In this document: piece by piece, positions 18,598 through 27,914 of the stretch
Position numbering within the stretch: position 1 is the first letter of the stretch
How the letters are laid out: every line of letters begins with the position of its first letter
Assembly: GCA_021647245.1 (NCBI GenBank)
Contig: JAKIVC010000002.1
Location: 64,184-128,183, forward strand
Reading direction: 5' to 3'
Source of the DNA: Gammaproteobacteria bacterium
GTDB lineage: Bacteria > Pseudomonadota > Gammaproteobacteria > RBG-16-57-12
DNA: 64,000 nt
Notes under the pieces: generated by a model
The model's database searches: none
The model's input: the letters and a program-made list of their open reading frames with translations, nothing else
What the model was told of the DNA's origin: nothing
Program-made: the position numbers and the translations under genes

Positions 18598-20544
18598 ATG
18601 GAAACCAATACTTTATCAGAGAGATTACACTGCTATAACCAATGGAAAGATGACGTCGTCCATAAGCTTAAAGCTTATGAACAGGTTCTTAAGGATGCTG
18701 AACTTGACAGCGTAGAGCAGGAAATCCGCATCGACGATATGATTGCCAAGTTGCATGATGATCGTATTGTTGTGGCCTTTGTCGCAGAGTTTTCCCGGGG
18801 GAAAACCGAATTAATAAATGCTATTTTCTTTGCAGATTACAAACGCCGACTACTGCCATCTGAGGCAGGTCGTACCACGATGTGCCCAACCGAGCTATTT
18901 TACGACCATGAGAGTACGGATGCTTACATTCGGTTACTGCCAATAGAGACACGCCTAGACGACAGCAGCATCAATGAACATAAACAGGATCTGAGTTACT
19001 GGACAACGTTACACCTTGATATCTCTTCACCAGAAAAGATGGCAGAGAGCTTTAAAGAGGTTATAAAGGTTAAAAAGGTGAGCGTGAAGGAGGCGATTAA
19101 ACTCGGCCTCTACGACGAAACACTGGTGGATAATGAAGAGTCGGAGGTTGAGATCCCCATGTGGCGGCATGCCCTGATCAGCTTCCCCCACCCGCTGTTA
19201 AAAGAGGGACTAGTGATCCTGGATACACCCGGCTTGAACGCGCTGGGTACAGAGCCAGAATTGACCATGGATATGTTACCCAATGCACATGCAATCATGT
19301 TTGTTTTGGGTGCTGACACCGGTGTAACCCGCTCTGATATGGAAGTGTGGGATCAGCATGTGAGCAGTTTTAGCCGTGGCAGTAATCATTCAAACCTGAT
19401 GGTGGTGCTCAATAAAATTGACACATTATGGGATGAGTTGCTGGATGATGAGCAAGTGGCCGCCAATATCGACAGCCAGTGCCAAAATACCGCTAAAACA
19501 TTGAATGTCTCCCCCGACTCAATATTCCCTGTCTCGGCCCACAAGGGGTTGCTGGGGCGCGTGAAAAATAACCCAGAGCTGCTGGAAAAGAGTGGCATTG
19601 CATCGATTGAAAATATGCTTTCGGATACTGTTTTACCGGAAAAGCAGACCATTATTCGTGATCGGGTTATCGACGAAGTGGGCACTATGGTGGAGTCAAC
19701 GCTAAATATTATCCAGGCGCGACATAATTCAGTGCAAGAGCAGCTGGGCGAACTGCAAGGGATCGGCAACAAAAATGAGGCGATGATCAGCCACTTGATC
19801 AAGACCACCCATGCTGAAGCAATCGCCTATAAGGTGAGAGTCGACAACTACCACACCAGCCGTAATCTGCTTAACAGCAAAATCAAAGAGATCCTGGAAT
19901 ACGTTGACCTTAAAGTCCTCGATAGGGTGATTGATGAGGCTCGCAATGAGATGCAAGGCACCTGGACAACCGGCGGCTTGCGTAAATCAATGATGTTCTT
20001 CTTTGAAAATATGATGCAGATCATGTCGCAGGTGAACTACCTTGGCGAGCAAGCCAATGATTTGGTCAAGACATCTTACAAGCGCTTCCATGAAGAGTTT
20101 GGCTTGCCAAACATTCGCCCAACGCTGTTTTCCAACCAGGTTTATGTGCTGCGTATGGAGCGACTACTCAAGCGCTCCGAGGAGTACCGAACCAGCTCAA
20201 CCATGACCATGACCGAACAGAGCTTTGTTATTAAGCGTTTCTTTGTCTCGGTGGTGAGCCATGCCCGTGATGTTTTTTATAAAGCGAATGAAGAGTCTAG
20301 GCTGTGGTCAAAAAGTGCCTTGGCTCCTATCGCAACGGAGATAAAAGAGCGCAAGCGGGTAATGGATAAGCGGCTCAGTAACCTGAATCGAGTAAAAGAC
20401 TCCAAAGAGACATTAGAGAGCAAGCTGAACGAGCTGGCTGACGAACAGCGTGGCCTAGATAAACAGCTCAGCGAACTCAATGAGATCAATGAAATTATTT
20501 GCGCCCCCCTCGACAAAGAGAAGAGTGAGCCTAATAATCAATAA
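18598..20544 (+). CDS. bacterial dynamin-like GTPase family protein
   Basis: 648 aa from ATG 18598. G1 is EFSRGKTELINAI, G3 is LDTPGLNA and G4 is LNKID. It has a long helical C-terminal half with a coiled-coil tail. It is visibly AT-richer than its neighbours. Confidence 0.8.
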   Translation: METNTLSERLHCYNQWKDDVVHKLKAYEQVLKDAELDSVEQEIRIDDMIAKLHDDRIVVAFVAEFSRGKTELINAIFFADYKRRLLPSEAGRTTMCPTELFYDHESTDAYIRLLPIETRLDDSSINEHKQDLSYWTTLHLDISSPEKMAESFKEVIKVKKVSVKEAIKLGLYDETLVDNEESEVEIPMWRHALISFPHPLLKEGLVILDTPGLNALGTEPELTMDMLPNAHAIMFVLGADTGVTRSDMEVWDQHVSSFSRGSNHSNLMVVLNKIDTLWDELLDDEQVAANIDSQCQNTAKTLNVSPDSIFPVSAHKGLLGRVKNNPELLEKSGIASIENMLSDTVLPEKQTIIRDRVIDEVGTMVESTLNIIQARHNSVQEQLGELQGIGNKNEAMISHLIKTTHAEAIAYKVRVDNYHTSRNLLNSKIKEILEYVDLKVLDRVIDEARNEMQGTWTTGGLRKSMMFFFENMMQIMSQVNYLGEQANDLVKTSYKRFHEEFGLPNIRPTLFSNQVYVLRMERLLKRSEEYRTSSTMTMTEQSFVIKRFFVSVVSHARDVFYKANEESRLWSKSALAPIATEIKERKRVMDKRLSNLNRVKDSKETLESKLNELADEQRGLDKQLSELNEINEIICAPLDKEKSEPNNQ

Positions 20545-20550
20545 CCCCTC

Positions 20551-20588
20551 CCTTCCGCAGTAGACTCACCCTAAGTCCGACAGCCTCC
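20551..20588 (-). repeat. solo end of MITE-like repeat family B (copy B2)
   Basis: ccttccgcagtagactcaccctaagtccgacagcctcc is the reverse complement of the left end of the 33.6 kb element (ggagg-tcggacttagggtgaatctactgcggaa). It starts 7 nt after the dynamin stop. Confidence 0.6.
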
Positions 20589-20671
20589 TGGCGTGTGGAT
20601 AGCGCTCTCGCAATGAAGGGGGGCAATCGGTTATATTGTGCATAACTTAATCTATAAGTGATGTGCACCCT

Positions 20672-21730
20672 ATGCAAAATCGCGATACCTTGCCAGATAC
20701 CATTCGTATGACTGAATATAGCCATGGTGCCGGTTGTGGCTGTAAAATATCACCTAAGTTGCTGGATGATATTCTCAAAAGCACAACACCTAACCCCACC
20801 TTTCCAAAATTGTTGGTGGGCTACGACACCAAGGATGATGCGGCGGTATTCGATTTGGGTAATGGCAGTTCGGTCATATCAACCACTGACTTCTTCATGC
20901 CGATTGTGGATGACCCCTTCGAGTTTGGGCAAATTGCGGCGACCAATGCGATCAGTGATGTTTATGCCATGGGCGGCACGCCGTTGATGGCCATCTCTAT
21001 TTTTGGCTGGCCGATTGAGACATTAGGAGCTGATGTTGCCTCACAGGTTATTGAGGGTGGCCGTCGCGCCTGCGCACTGGCCGGTATACCACTGGCGGGA
21101 GGGCACTCCATTGACTCACCCGAACCCATTTTTGGGTTGGCAGTAACCGGGCAGGTGGAAAATCGCCACCTGAAGCGCAACAGCCAAGCAGAGGCGGGCT
21201 GCAAACTCTATCTGACCAAGCCACTTGGTATCGGTATTTTGACCACTGCACAGAAAAAAAAGTGCCTTAAGCCAGCACACCGCCGGATCGGCCCCGAAGC
21301 GATGTGCCAGCTTAACAGTGCCGGTACTCAGTTTGCTAAGCTCCCGGCGGTCAAGGCGATGACGGATGTGACGGGGTTTGGCCTGATGGGGCACCTCACA
21401 GAGTTGTGTCTGGGGAGTCATTTACAGGCGCAACTGATCTTTGATGCCGTGCCGACGCTACCGGAGGTTGAATACTATCTGGCGCTAGGGTGTACTCCAG
21501 GCGGCACGCTACGAAATTTTGAAAGCTATGGTCACCATATTGGTGGCATGAGTGAACAGCAACAGATGATTTTGTGTGACCCACAAACCTCAGGCGGCCT
21601 CTTGGTGGCTGTTGCAGCCGAGGGCGAAGCTGAATTTTTAGCATTAACCGAAGCGCTAGGAATGTCATTGAGTCCGATAGGCCAGTTGAGCACCCCCGTC
21701 GCGAATCATGCTCTGGTGGAGATTATATGA
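20672..21730 (+). CDS. selD: selenide, water dikinase (selenophosphate synthetase), Cys-type
   Basis: [26 protein letters not shown] matches the E. coli SelD N-terminus, with Cys rather than Sec at the active site. The rest is an AIR-synthase-like fold. Alternative starts are GTG 20663 and ATG 20708. Confidence 0.95.
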   Translation: MQNRDTLPDTIRMTEYSHGAGCGCKISPKLLDDILKSTTPNPTFPKLLVGYDTKDDAAVFDLGNGSSVISTTDFFMPIVDDPFEFGQIAATNAISDVYAMGGTPLMAISIFGWPIETLGADVASQVIEGGRRACALAGIPLAGGHSIDSPEPIFGLAVTGQVENRHLKRNSQAEAGCKLYLTKPLGIGILTTAQKKKCLKPAHRRIGPEAMCQLNSAGTQFAKLPAVKAMTDVTGFGLMGHLTELCLGSHLQAQLIFDAVPTLPEVEYYLALGCTPGGTLRNFESYGHHIGGMSEQQQMILCDPQTSGGLLVAVAAEGEAEFLALTEALGMSLSPIGQLSTPVANHALVEII

Positions 21731-22842
21731 TGGAGCTTCCACAGGTTGACGACTATTCAGCGCTTTTTTTAGATGAAGTACCGATGATCGACCTGCGAGC
21801 CCCGCAGGAGTTTGAGCAGGGACGCTTTCAAAATGCGATAAACCTACCGTTAATGAACGATGAAGAGCGCAAGTTAGTGGGTATTTGCTATAAAGAACAA
21901 GGCCAGCAACAGGCGATTGCGCTGGGTCATGAGCTAGTAACCGGCGAGGTAAAACAGCAGCGCCTGGAGCGGTGGCTGCGGTTTGTAGAAGAGAATCCAC
22001 AGGGTGTTTTGTACTGCTTTCGTGGCGGACTACGCTCACAAATAACCCAGCGCTGGATCTATGAAGAGAGCGGCATCGTCTACCCACGAGTACACGGTGG
22101 CTACAAAACACTGCGCCGTTATTTGCTCGATGAGCTAGAGCGCTCCATTGCGCAGATACAGCCGACCATCCTCAGTGGACGCACTGGCACAGGCAAGACA
22201 CTGCTACTAAAGAAAATCAATAACAGCATCGACTTGGAAGGCGTCTATCATCATCGTGGTTCAGCATTTGGTCGTCACGCCACGCCACAACCGAGCCAGA
22301 TCGATGTGGAGAACCGGCTTTCAGTTGAGCTGCTGAAAAAAATCATATTAGCCGCTGAAGCAGCGCCCCAACTGCTGCTTGAAGATGAAGGGAGCAATAT
22401 CGGCTCACGCAACCTGCCCCACTCACTGATTGAGCGCATGGTGGCGGCACCCATCGTGGTACTGGAAATTCCACTAGCGCAACGGGTCGATATCGTATTC
22501 GATGAATATATTACGGCAGCGCTCTCTGAATATCAGCAGCTACTGGGCGACGAGCACGGCTTTACCACCTGGTCAGAAAACCTGCGCCAGGCACTTGGAC
22601 GGGTTAAACGTCGCTTAGGTGGAGAGCGTTACGGACTGCTTGATGCCGTGATGAGTGGTGCGATTTCTGACCAGCAACAACGGGGTGAAACATCGGCTCA
22701 CCGCGAGTGGATTCAGCGATTACTTAACGATTACTACGACCCAATGTATGACTATCAGTTACAGAAAAAAGCCGAGCGCATCACCTTTCGGGGCGATGAC
22801 AAAGCAGTAATTGAGTATCTTAATACTCAAAATATTACCTAA
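21727..22842 (+). CDS. selU: tRNA 2-selenouridine synthase
   Basis: 371 aa with an N-terminal rhodanese domain (active-site loop CFRGGLRS) and a P-loop GRTGTGKT. Its ATG overlaps the selD stop. Confidence 0.9.
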   Translation: MMELPQVDDYSALFLDEVPMIDLRAPQEFEQGRFQNAINLPLMNDEERKLVGICYKEQGQQQAIALGHELVTGEVKQQRLERWLRFVEENPQGVLYCFRGGLRSQITQRWIYEESGIVYPRVHGGYKTLRRYLLDELERSIAQIQPTILSGRTGTGKTLLLKKINNSIDLEGVYHHRGSAFGRHATPQPSQIDVENRLSVELLKKIILAAEAAPQLLLEDEGSNIGSRNLPHSLIERMVAAPIVVLEIPLAQRVDIVFDEYITAALSEYQQLLGDEHGFTTWSENLRQALGRVKRRLGGERYGLLDAVMSGAISDQQQRGETSAHREWIQRLLNDYYDPMYDYQLQKKAERITFRGDDKAVIEYLNTQNIT

Positions 22843-22849
22843 TTGCACA

Positions 22850-22887
22850 CTGGGGTCAGAGTAAACGTTACTTTACTCTGACCCCAG
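22850..22887 (+). terminator. perfect 16-bp stem-loop downstream of selU (possible terminator, no U-tract)
   Basis: ctggggtcagagtaaa-cgttac-tttactctgaccccag begins 8 nt after the selU stop. It is followed by cgtccactcc rather than a T run. Confidence 0.4.
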
Positions 22888-22998
22888 CGTCCACTCCCCT
22901 GCGACAACATGTCGCATTCTTTCTATGCCGGGATTCCAATACAATTTTGTCATTAACTGTTCCCTACCCGGTTTATTGACTAAATTATAGGAGTCTCC

Positions 22999-24663
22999 AT
23001 GGCTATTCATAATAAGCGTAATATTTTATGGTCGGCACTGCTGCTGAGTGGTGCTGTGGCATTGAGTGGCTGTAATAGCTCATCAGATGATAATACCGTT
23101 GAGGGTGCAGCAATCGAGGGCTCTATTTTTGCCGCCCCGGTGAGTGCTGCTTCGATATCTGTGTTTGACCTGAATGGTAATCGGGTGGCAGGTCCGGTGA
23201 CGAGTGGGGCAGATGGGCATTATCAAATCACAATTCCTGATGCACACCTTGCCAGTGACCTTAGCTTTATCAGCAGTGGCGGCACGTTTACAGATGAGGC
23301 GACGGGTGAGGCTAATGTCAGCGCAGGTCAAATGTCTGTTTATGTCGCGGCAGATAGCCTTGCGGCGGGTAGTGAAGTACACGCGACACCCTCTTCTACG
23401 ATTATGCACCAGTTGATTATGCAACATGGTCAAGGCTATGTAGAGGCGCAGGCGGCTTTTGAGAGTGCCTTTGGTTATCAGCCTGATTATACTGTGGCAC
23501 CAACGGATGCGACCGCACCGGCGGCCGATGCGACCGACCAGCAAATGTTGGCGGGACTGCGTGCCGCCAGTTTCAGCCAATTAGCCCAGGATTTGGGGAT
23601 GAGCGCCACTGATCAGTTTGCCTTGCTGGAGGCGTTGGCACTGGATTTGTCAGATGGTGAGCTTGACGGGCAGAGTACATCGGGTGCGGTTATTCTCCCG
23701 GCACCTGTCAACATACCATTGCAATTGCATATTCAGCATCAGTTTGCGATGGCACTGGAGGGGTTTCATCGGGGGGGGCGCAATGCAACCAGTTTAAATG
23801 CCAGTCAAATAGGCGTATTGCCCTTTGCTAAAGTGGCCAGCAGTGAAAGTTACCGCTTCGAATATCAGCCGGGCATGATGCCGGCAATGGAGGGGAAAAC
23901 CACATTCAAAATTGTGGTTACAGATGCGGCCACTGGGCAGCTGGCGCAGGGCGGATTGAACTTAATACTACAGGCAAAAATGTATATGGCGACAAAAATG
24001 CATGCCACACCAGTGGATGGTTGTAGTGAATCGGCAACAGCAGGTGTTTATGATTGTACTATTTTCTACCTGATGCCTTCGGTTATGAACGGTATGTCGA
24101 TGGGCTATTGGGAGTTGATGGTTACCACTGATAATAATGAAATGGTCAGCTTTTACCCGGGTGTTGGTATGGGCATGAACGGCAATGGTAAGCGCAGTTT
24201 GATGGCTCAATCAACGGGCACTGTGGTGGATGATGCCGGTTTGACTGTTCCTACCTACAGCGATTTTGTTATGAGTCCCACCTCGGCACGGAAGTACCTC
24301 CTGTTTAAAGACAGTATTGCAGCAGGCTCCATTTCAGGCCACAAAGTGCGCCTGTTTATTGCGGTAAAAGAGAGTATGGACTCATTTCCAGCGCTCTACA
24401 CAGGTGCTAGTTTTAATATGGCTAGTTTTACTGTCAGCTCAATTAACGCAGAATTTTCAGTGGATGGCGCTAGCTGGTCACCTATGACAGAAGAGGGCGC
24501 GGGTTATTGGTCTGTTGATAACGCACCGGGTTTAGTCGATGGTGTTGAAAACACGTTCTATATGCGCCTGCATGTCAATGGTGAACAGAAAACAGCCAAT
24601 GGTAGTGTGCCGGCACTGGATGGTAGTAACGATTACGCAATTTTTACAACTACCCTGAATTAA
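22999..24663 (+). CDS. large lipoprotein of unknown function with Met-rich YtkA/FixH-like segment
   Basis: 554 aa with signal peptide and lipobox ALSGC, and an AGGAG RBS. The N-terminal segment looks like a carboxypeptidase-regulatory-type beta domain (VFDLNGNRVAGPVTSGADGHYQITIP). Residues ~291-402 hold 15 Met (GMMPAMEGK, KMYMATKMH, LMPSVMNGMSMGYWELMV, GVGMGMNG). Confidence 0.7.
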   Translation: MAIHNKRNILWSALLLSGAVALSGCNSSSDDNTVEGAAIEGSIFAAPVSAASISVFDLNGNRVAGPVTSGADGHYQITIPDAHLASDLSFISSGGTFTDEATGEANVSAGQMSVYVAADSLAAGSEVHATPSSTIMHQLIMQHGQGYVEAQAAFESAFGYQPDYTVAPTDATAPAADATDQQMLAGLRAASFSQLAQDLGMSATDQFALLEALALDLSDGELDGQSTSGAVILPAPVNIPLQLHIQHQFAMALEGFHRGGRNATSLNASQIGVLPFAKVASSESYRFEYQPGMMPAMEGKTTFKIVVTDAATGQLAQGGLNLILQAKMYMATKMHATPVDGCSESATAGVYDCTIFYLMPSVMNGMSMGYWELMVTTDNNEMVSFYPGVGMGMNGNGKRSLMAQSTGTVVDDAGLTVPTYSDFVMSPTSARKYLLFKDSIAAGSISGHKVRLFIAVKESMDSFPALYTGASFNMASFTVSSINAEFSVDGASWSPMTEEGAGYWSVDNAPGLVDGVENTFYMRLHVNGEQKTANGSVPALDGSNDYAIFTTTLN

Positions 24664-24679
24664 TGTTTTAAGGTTTTCC

Positions 24680-25651
24680 ATGGCTAATCTCTCAACAAAG
24701 GCCGCCCTCTTTGCAGTGGCGGCCCTTACCCTTTCTCAGCCTTTATCTGCGGCATCATGCTGTGGCGGTGGCTCCTCTTCTGCCTTGGTTATGCCCAAAT
24801 TTGCTACGGGGATGGTCGACCTTTCGTTTTCCATGGAAAACTACGATGGCTATTGGAATAGAGAGGGGGAGTATACCGAAGACCCTGTGGGCTCTCGCTT
24901 GAAACAGTATCGTTTTAATGTTGGCTATGCCCACCGCTTGGGTAAACGCTGGCAGGCGAGTGTTGTCACCCCTTATGTCTGGAATGATAACCAATACAGC
25001 GGTGTCTCATCCGAAACCCAAGGGATGGGGGATACCACCATTAACCTTTGGTATGAAGGATTTGAGAATATCACCTGTGTCTGGAAAATAAAAAAGCCGG
25101 AGGATTGGATACCCGCCAGTTACTACGGGTTATCCATGACACTCCCCACGGGTGTCTCTCCTTATGACAATGTGGAGAATAGCTTTGATATTACCGGTCG
25201 GGGTTTTTATCGTGTGGATGCCAATCTGCTGTTGGATAAGACCATCTACCCCTGGAATGCGACACTGGCACTCTCTTACGGAAAGTATATAGAGCGTCCG
25301 GTTAATCGTGAATATGGCCGCTATGTGGCGCCGTATGATAAGCAGTTGGGTGACCGCTTTTCAGGCTCGCTCTCTGGGGGGTATACCCAGTTTCTTGATA
25401 ATATGGATACCCTGAGCTACACCCTCTCTTATGCTTATTTACAAGAGAGCCAAGGTGAAATTGATGGCATTACAGATACTACCACCGGAATGGAGAAGCA
25501 GACGCTATCCGCAACAGCAGCTTATGCCAGTATGGATCGGGACTGGGTCTTTAAACTAACCTTGAGCCACAGCCCTAAGCGGGATGGTTATGGTGAGAGT
25601 TTTCCCGTTACCAATGTGGTGACACTGGGGGTGAGCCATGTTCTTCGTTAA
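24680..25651 (+). CDS. putative outer-membrane beta-barrel protein with N-terminal Cys-Cys-Gly-Gly-Gly motif
   Basis: 323 aa. The signal peptide ends in ..SQPLSA and is followed by ASCCGGGSSS. Alternating amphipathic beta-strand patterns run to the C-terminus (WVFKLTLSHSP, VVTLGVSHVL). There is no terminal aromatic residue, so the barrel call is moderate. Confidence 0.55.
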   Translation: MANLSTKAALFAVAALTLSQPLSAASCCGGGSSSALVMPKFATGMVDLSFSMENYDGYWNREGEYTEDPVGSRLKQYRFNVGYAHRLGKRWQASVVTPYVWNDNQYSGVSSETQGMGDTTINLWYEGFENITCVWKIKKPEDWIPASYYGLSMTLPTGVSPYDNVENSFDITGRGFYRVDANLLLDKTIYPWNATLALSYGKYIERPVNREYGRYVAPYDKQLGDRFSGSLSGGYTQFLDNMDTLSYTLSYAYLQESQGEIDGITDTTTGMEKQTLSATAAYASMDRDWVFKLTLSHSPKRDGYGESFPVTNVVTLGVSHVLR

Positions 25652-26174
25652 ACTTGTTGGCCTACTCATGCTGTTGCTGTTAAGTGCCTGCCAAGATGAC
25701 CTGAATCCATCGGATAGCGATGAGCGGCCTGTGGTTCAGACCGGTATTATTGGCAATCAAGTAGGGCAAATTGCCCCTGACTTTACGGCAGGCTCAACAA
25801 CACTAAACACCGCCCACACACTCTCTTCTGATTTACAAACCTATGATGCAGTGGTGCTCTATTTCACCATGTGGTGTCCTATTTGTGATGAGCATATGAG
25901 CCATCTGCGTGCGACTTATGTGAGCAACTACCCCAATGTGCAATTTTTCCTGGTGGATTATGTGAGCGGCTCGCTGGAGGCTGCACGTAATACACAACTT
26001 GCCAGTGGTTATGGCGATATGAGAGTGCTGGTTGATGTAAACCGGGAGATTGAATTTCTTTATGAAGGCACCATGGGGAGTACGGTTGTGATTAATAACA
26101 GTGGTATTGTGCTTATGAACCAAGGCTATAGTGATGGTCGTCAACTGGGTCAGGTATTGGGGGAGCTGCCATGA
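25638..26174 (+). CDS. thioredoxin-fold lipoprotein (redoxin/AhpC-TSA-like, CPIC motif)
   Basis: 178 aa with lipobox LLSAC and the active-site-like motif FTMWCPICDEH. It overlaps the upstream gene by 14 nt. Confidence 0.75.
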   Translation: MFFVKLVGLLMLLLLSACQDDLNPSDSDERPVVQTGIIGNQVGQIAPDFTAGSTTLNTAHTLSSDLQTYDAVVLYFTMWCPICDEHMSHLRATYVSNYPNVQFFLVDYVSGSLEAARNTQLASGYGDMRVLVDVNREIEFLYEGTMGSTVVINNSGIVLMNQGYSDGRQLGQVLGELP

Positions 26175-26434
26175 GAGTGTGGTTACTCATCGCGCTATTT
26201 TTGCTCACCAAGCTGGCTTATTCTGAATCGGTCGAATTAAATGGCCAGCAGCTTTTTGAGGCTCGATGCAGTATTTGTCACCAACTGCCTGCACCCGATA
26301 TGTTGAATCATCGGCAGTGGCACCGGGTAATCAACACCATGCAAATTCGTATGCAACAAGCGGATATTGAGCCGCTGGATGAGGACGAAATTACCGCAAT
26401 AAAAGAGTATTTGCAGTGGTATGTAGATGATTAA
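26171..26434 (+). CDS. small secreted monohaem c-type cytochrome
   Basis: 87 aa with a signal peptide and a single CSICH (CxxCH) haem-binding motif. Downstream Met residues (INTMQIRM) are candidate axial ligands. It overlaps the upstream gene by 4 nt. Confidence 0.65.
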   Translation: MRVWLLIALFLLTKLAYSESVELNGQQLFEARCSICHQLPAPDMLNHRQWHRVINTMQIRMQQADIEPLDEDEITAIKEYLQWYVDD

Positions 26435-26942
26435 ATATTTGGCTTCAGCTGGCCTGTTGCTGCTTCTGAGCTTTCCGTTGCAGGCTGACCCTCTGGCAAC
26501 ATTTGGTGCGGAACCGGTGTCGGGAGCAGCAACGGCCTTTATCTTGCCGGACCTTGAGGGTGAAATTCATGCCTTGGCGCAGTGGCAGGGCAAGGTGGTG
26601 ATGCTCAACTTCTGGGCAACCTGGTGTGCCCCTTGTCGGGACGAAATGCCGGGAATGGAACGGCTTTGGCAACGCTATGGTGAGGATGGCCTAGTGGTAG
26701 TGGCGATATCTGTTGATGAGGGAATGGAGCGCCGGGTTGCCAAATTTGTTGAGATATTGAGATTAACCTATCCGATTTTACTCGACCCAGACTATGCGGT
26801 AGGTGACCTTTATCAAGTGAGCGGGCTGCCACACAGTCTATTGATTGACCGTGAAGGGCAGTTGATTGCAAAGGTTGTGGGCCAGCGTGAGTGGGATAGT
26901 GCAGAGTCTTTTGCGTTAATTGAGTCACTACTCTCCCAGTGA
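26427..26942 (+). CDS. TlpA/ResA-like periplasmic thiol:disulfide oxidoreductase
   Basis: 171 aa with a signal peptide and FWATWCAPCRDEMP. It overlaps the upstream gene by 8 nt. Confidence 0.85.
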   Translation: MIKYLASAGLLLLLSFPLQADPLATFGAEPVSGAATAFILPDLEGEIHALAQWQGKVVMLNFWATWCAPCRDEMPGMERLWQRYGEDGLVVVAISVDEGMERRVAKFVEILRLTYPILLDPDYAVGDLYQVSGLPHSLLIDREGQLIAKVVGQREWDSAESFALIESLLSQ

Positions 26943-26972
26943 GTAGCTGGCAGTCCACGGTGTGTGATCAGA

Positions 26973-27608
26973 TCAGCGTGTACCGCGAATAACCATGGTT
27001 TTCCCGCGAGCGGTGATCAACCCCTGCTCCTCCAGATTTTTTAATACTTTGCCTACCATCTCCCGCGAACACCCTGCAATGCGTCCTAACTCCTGACGGG
27101 TTATTTTGATCTGCATGCCATCGGGGTGGGTCATGGCATCCGGCTGCTTACTCAGGTCGAGCAGGGTACGGGCAACCCGTCCGGTCACATCCATAAAGGC
27201 AAGATGGCCTACTTTAAGGCTGGTGTTGCGTAGCCTGAGCGCCATCTGGCTGGCGAGGGAAAACATGATCTCGGGGTGCTCCTGGATAAGTCGACGAAAT
27301 TTATCGTAGCCAATCTCTGCCAACTCACAACTTACCCGTGCACGAATGATGGCGCTGCGCCCTTGTGACTCTTTATCAAACAGCCCCATTTCACCAAAGA
27401 AATCACCCGCATTAAGATAGGCGAGCACAATCTCGCGCCCATCCTCATCTTCTATATACACCGCGACCGAGCCTTCAGTAATGTAGTAGAGGGTCTCAGG
27501 GGTGTCACCCGCGTGGATAATCGTGCTCTTAGCAGCGTGCTTGCGACGGTGGCAGTGACTGAGAAAAAGCTCAATAACAGCATCCGGCTGTGGCGGGGTA
27601 AATTTCAT
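26973..27608 (-). CDS. crp: cAMP receptor protein family global regulator (Vfr/CRP)
   Basis: 211 aa with a cNMP-binding domain ([38 protein letters not shown]) and a C-terminal HTH ([21 protein letters not shown]). It is next to osmC and speD, as Pseudomonas vfr is. Confidence 0.9.
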   Translation of the reverse strand: MKFTPPQPDAVIELFLSHCHRRKHAAKSTIIHAGDTPETLYYITEGSVAVYIEDEDGREIVLAYLNAGDFFGEMGLFDKESQGRSAIIRARVSCELAEIGYDKFRRLIQEHPEIMFSLASQMALRLRNTSLKVGHLAFMDVTGRVARTLLDLSKQPDAMTHPDGMQIKITRQELGRIAGCSREMVGKVLKNLEEQGLITARGKTMVIRGTR

Positions 27609-27914
27609 ATCAGCACCTTTTGATTATGGCCTATCTCTTGATTATAGAACGATTTAGATGACAGCTGGAATAATTAATCTATTTAATATAGAGCCTATAT
27701 AGGCGTTGTGTGCTGGGCCATATTTAACACATTAAACCCCGTTAGCTGCAATCGATGAATGAAAGGTCTCGATAAGATAAACAAAAGAGCCGTTACCGCG
27801 CAGATAGTTCATAATTTCTCTCTTTCCGTCGCTGGTCATCATCTCGATTAATATTAATTTTTTTAAGTGTTGTGGTAAGCTTCAGGTTTTCCAACGTATC
27901 AGGATTATCAGTGA

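Noticed and set aside
22901-22915. gcgaca-aca-tgtcgc palindrome upstream of the five-gene cluster as an operator
   Set aside because: It is a 6-bp inverted repeat only, with no recognisable promoter elements at proper spacing. Chance occurrence is plausible, so it is noted but not called.
27707-27731. TGTGT...ACACA inverted repeat in the crp/vfr upstream region as a possible autoregulatory CRP/Vfr site. Also a direct repeat TTGATTAT at 27620-27627 and 27638-27645.
   Set aside because: The half-sites are about 15 nt apart, not the 6 nt of the TGTGA-N6-TCACA consensus. The direct repeat lies in the 5' leader but matches no motif I can name.
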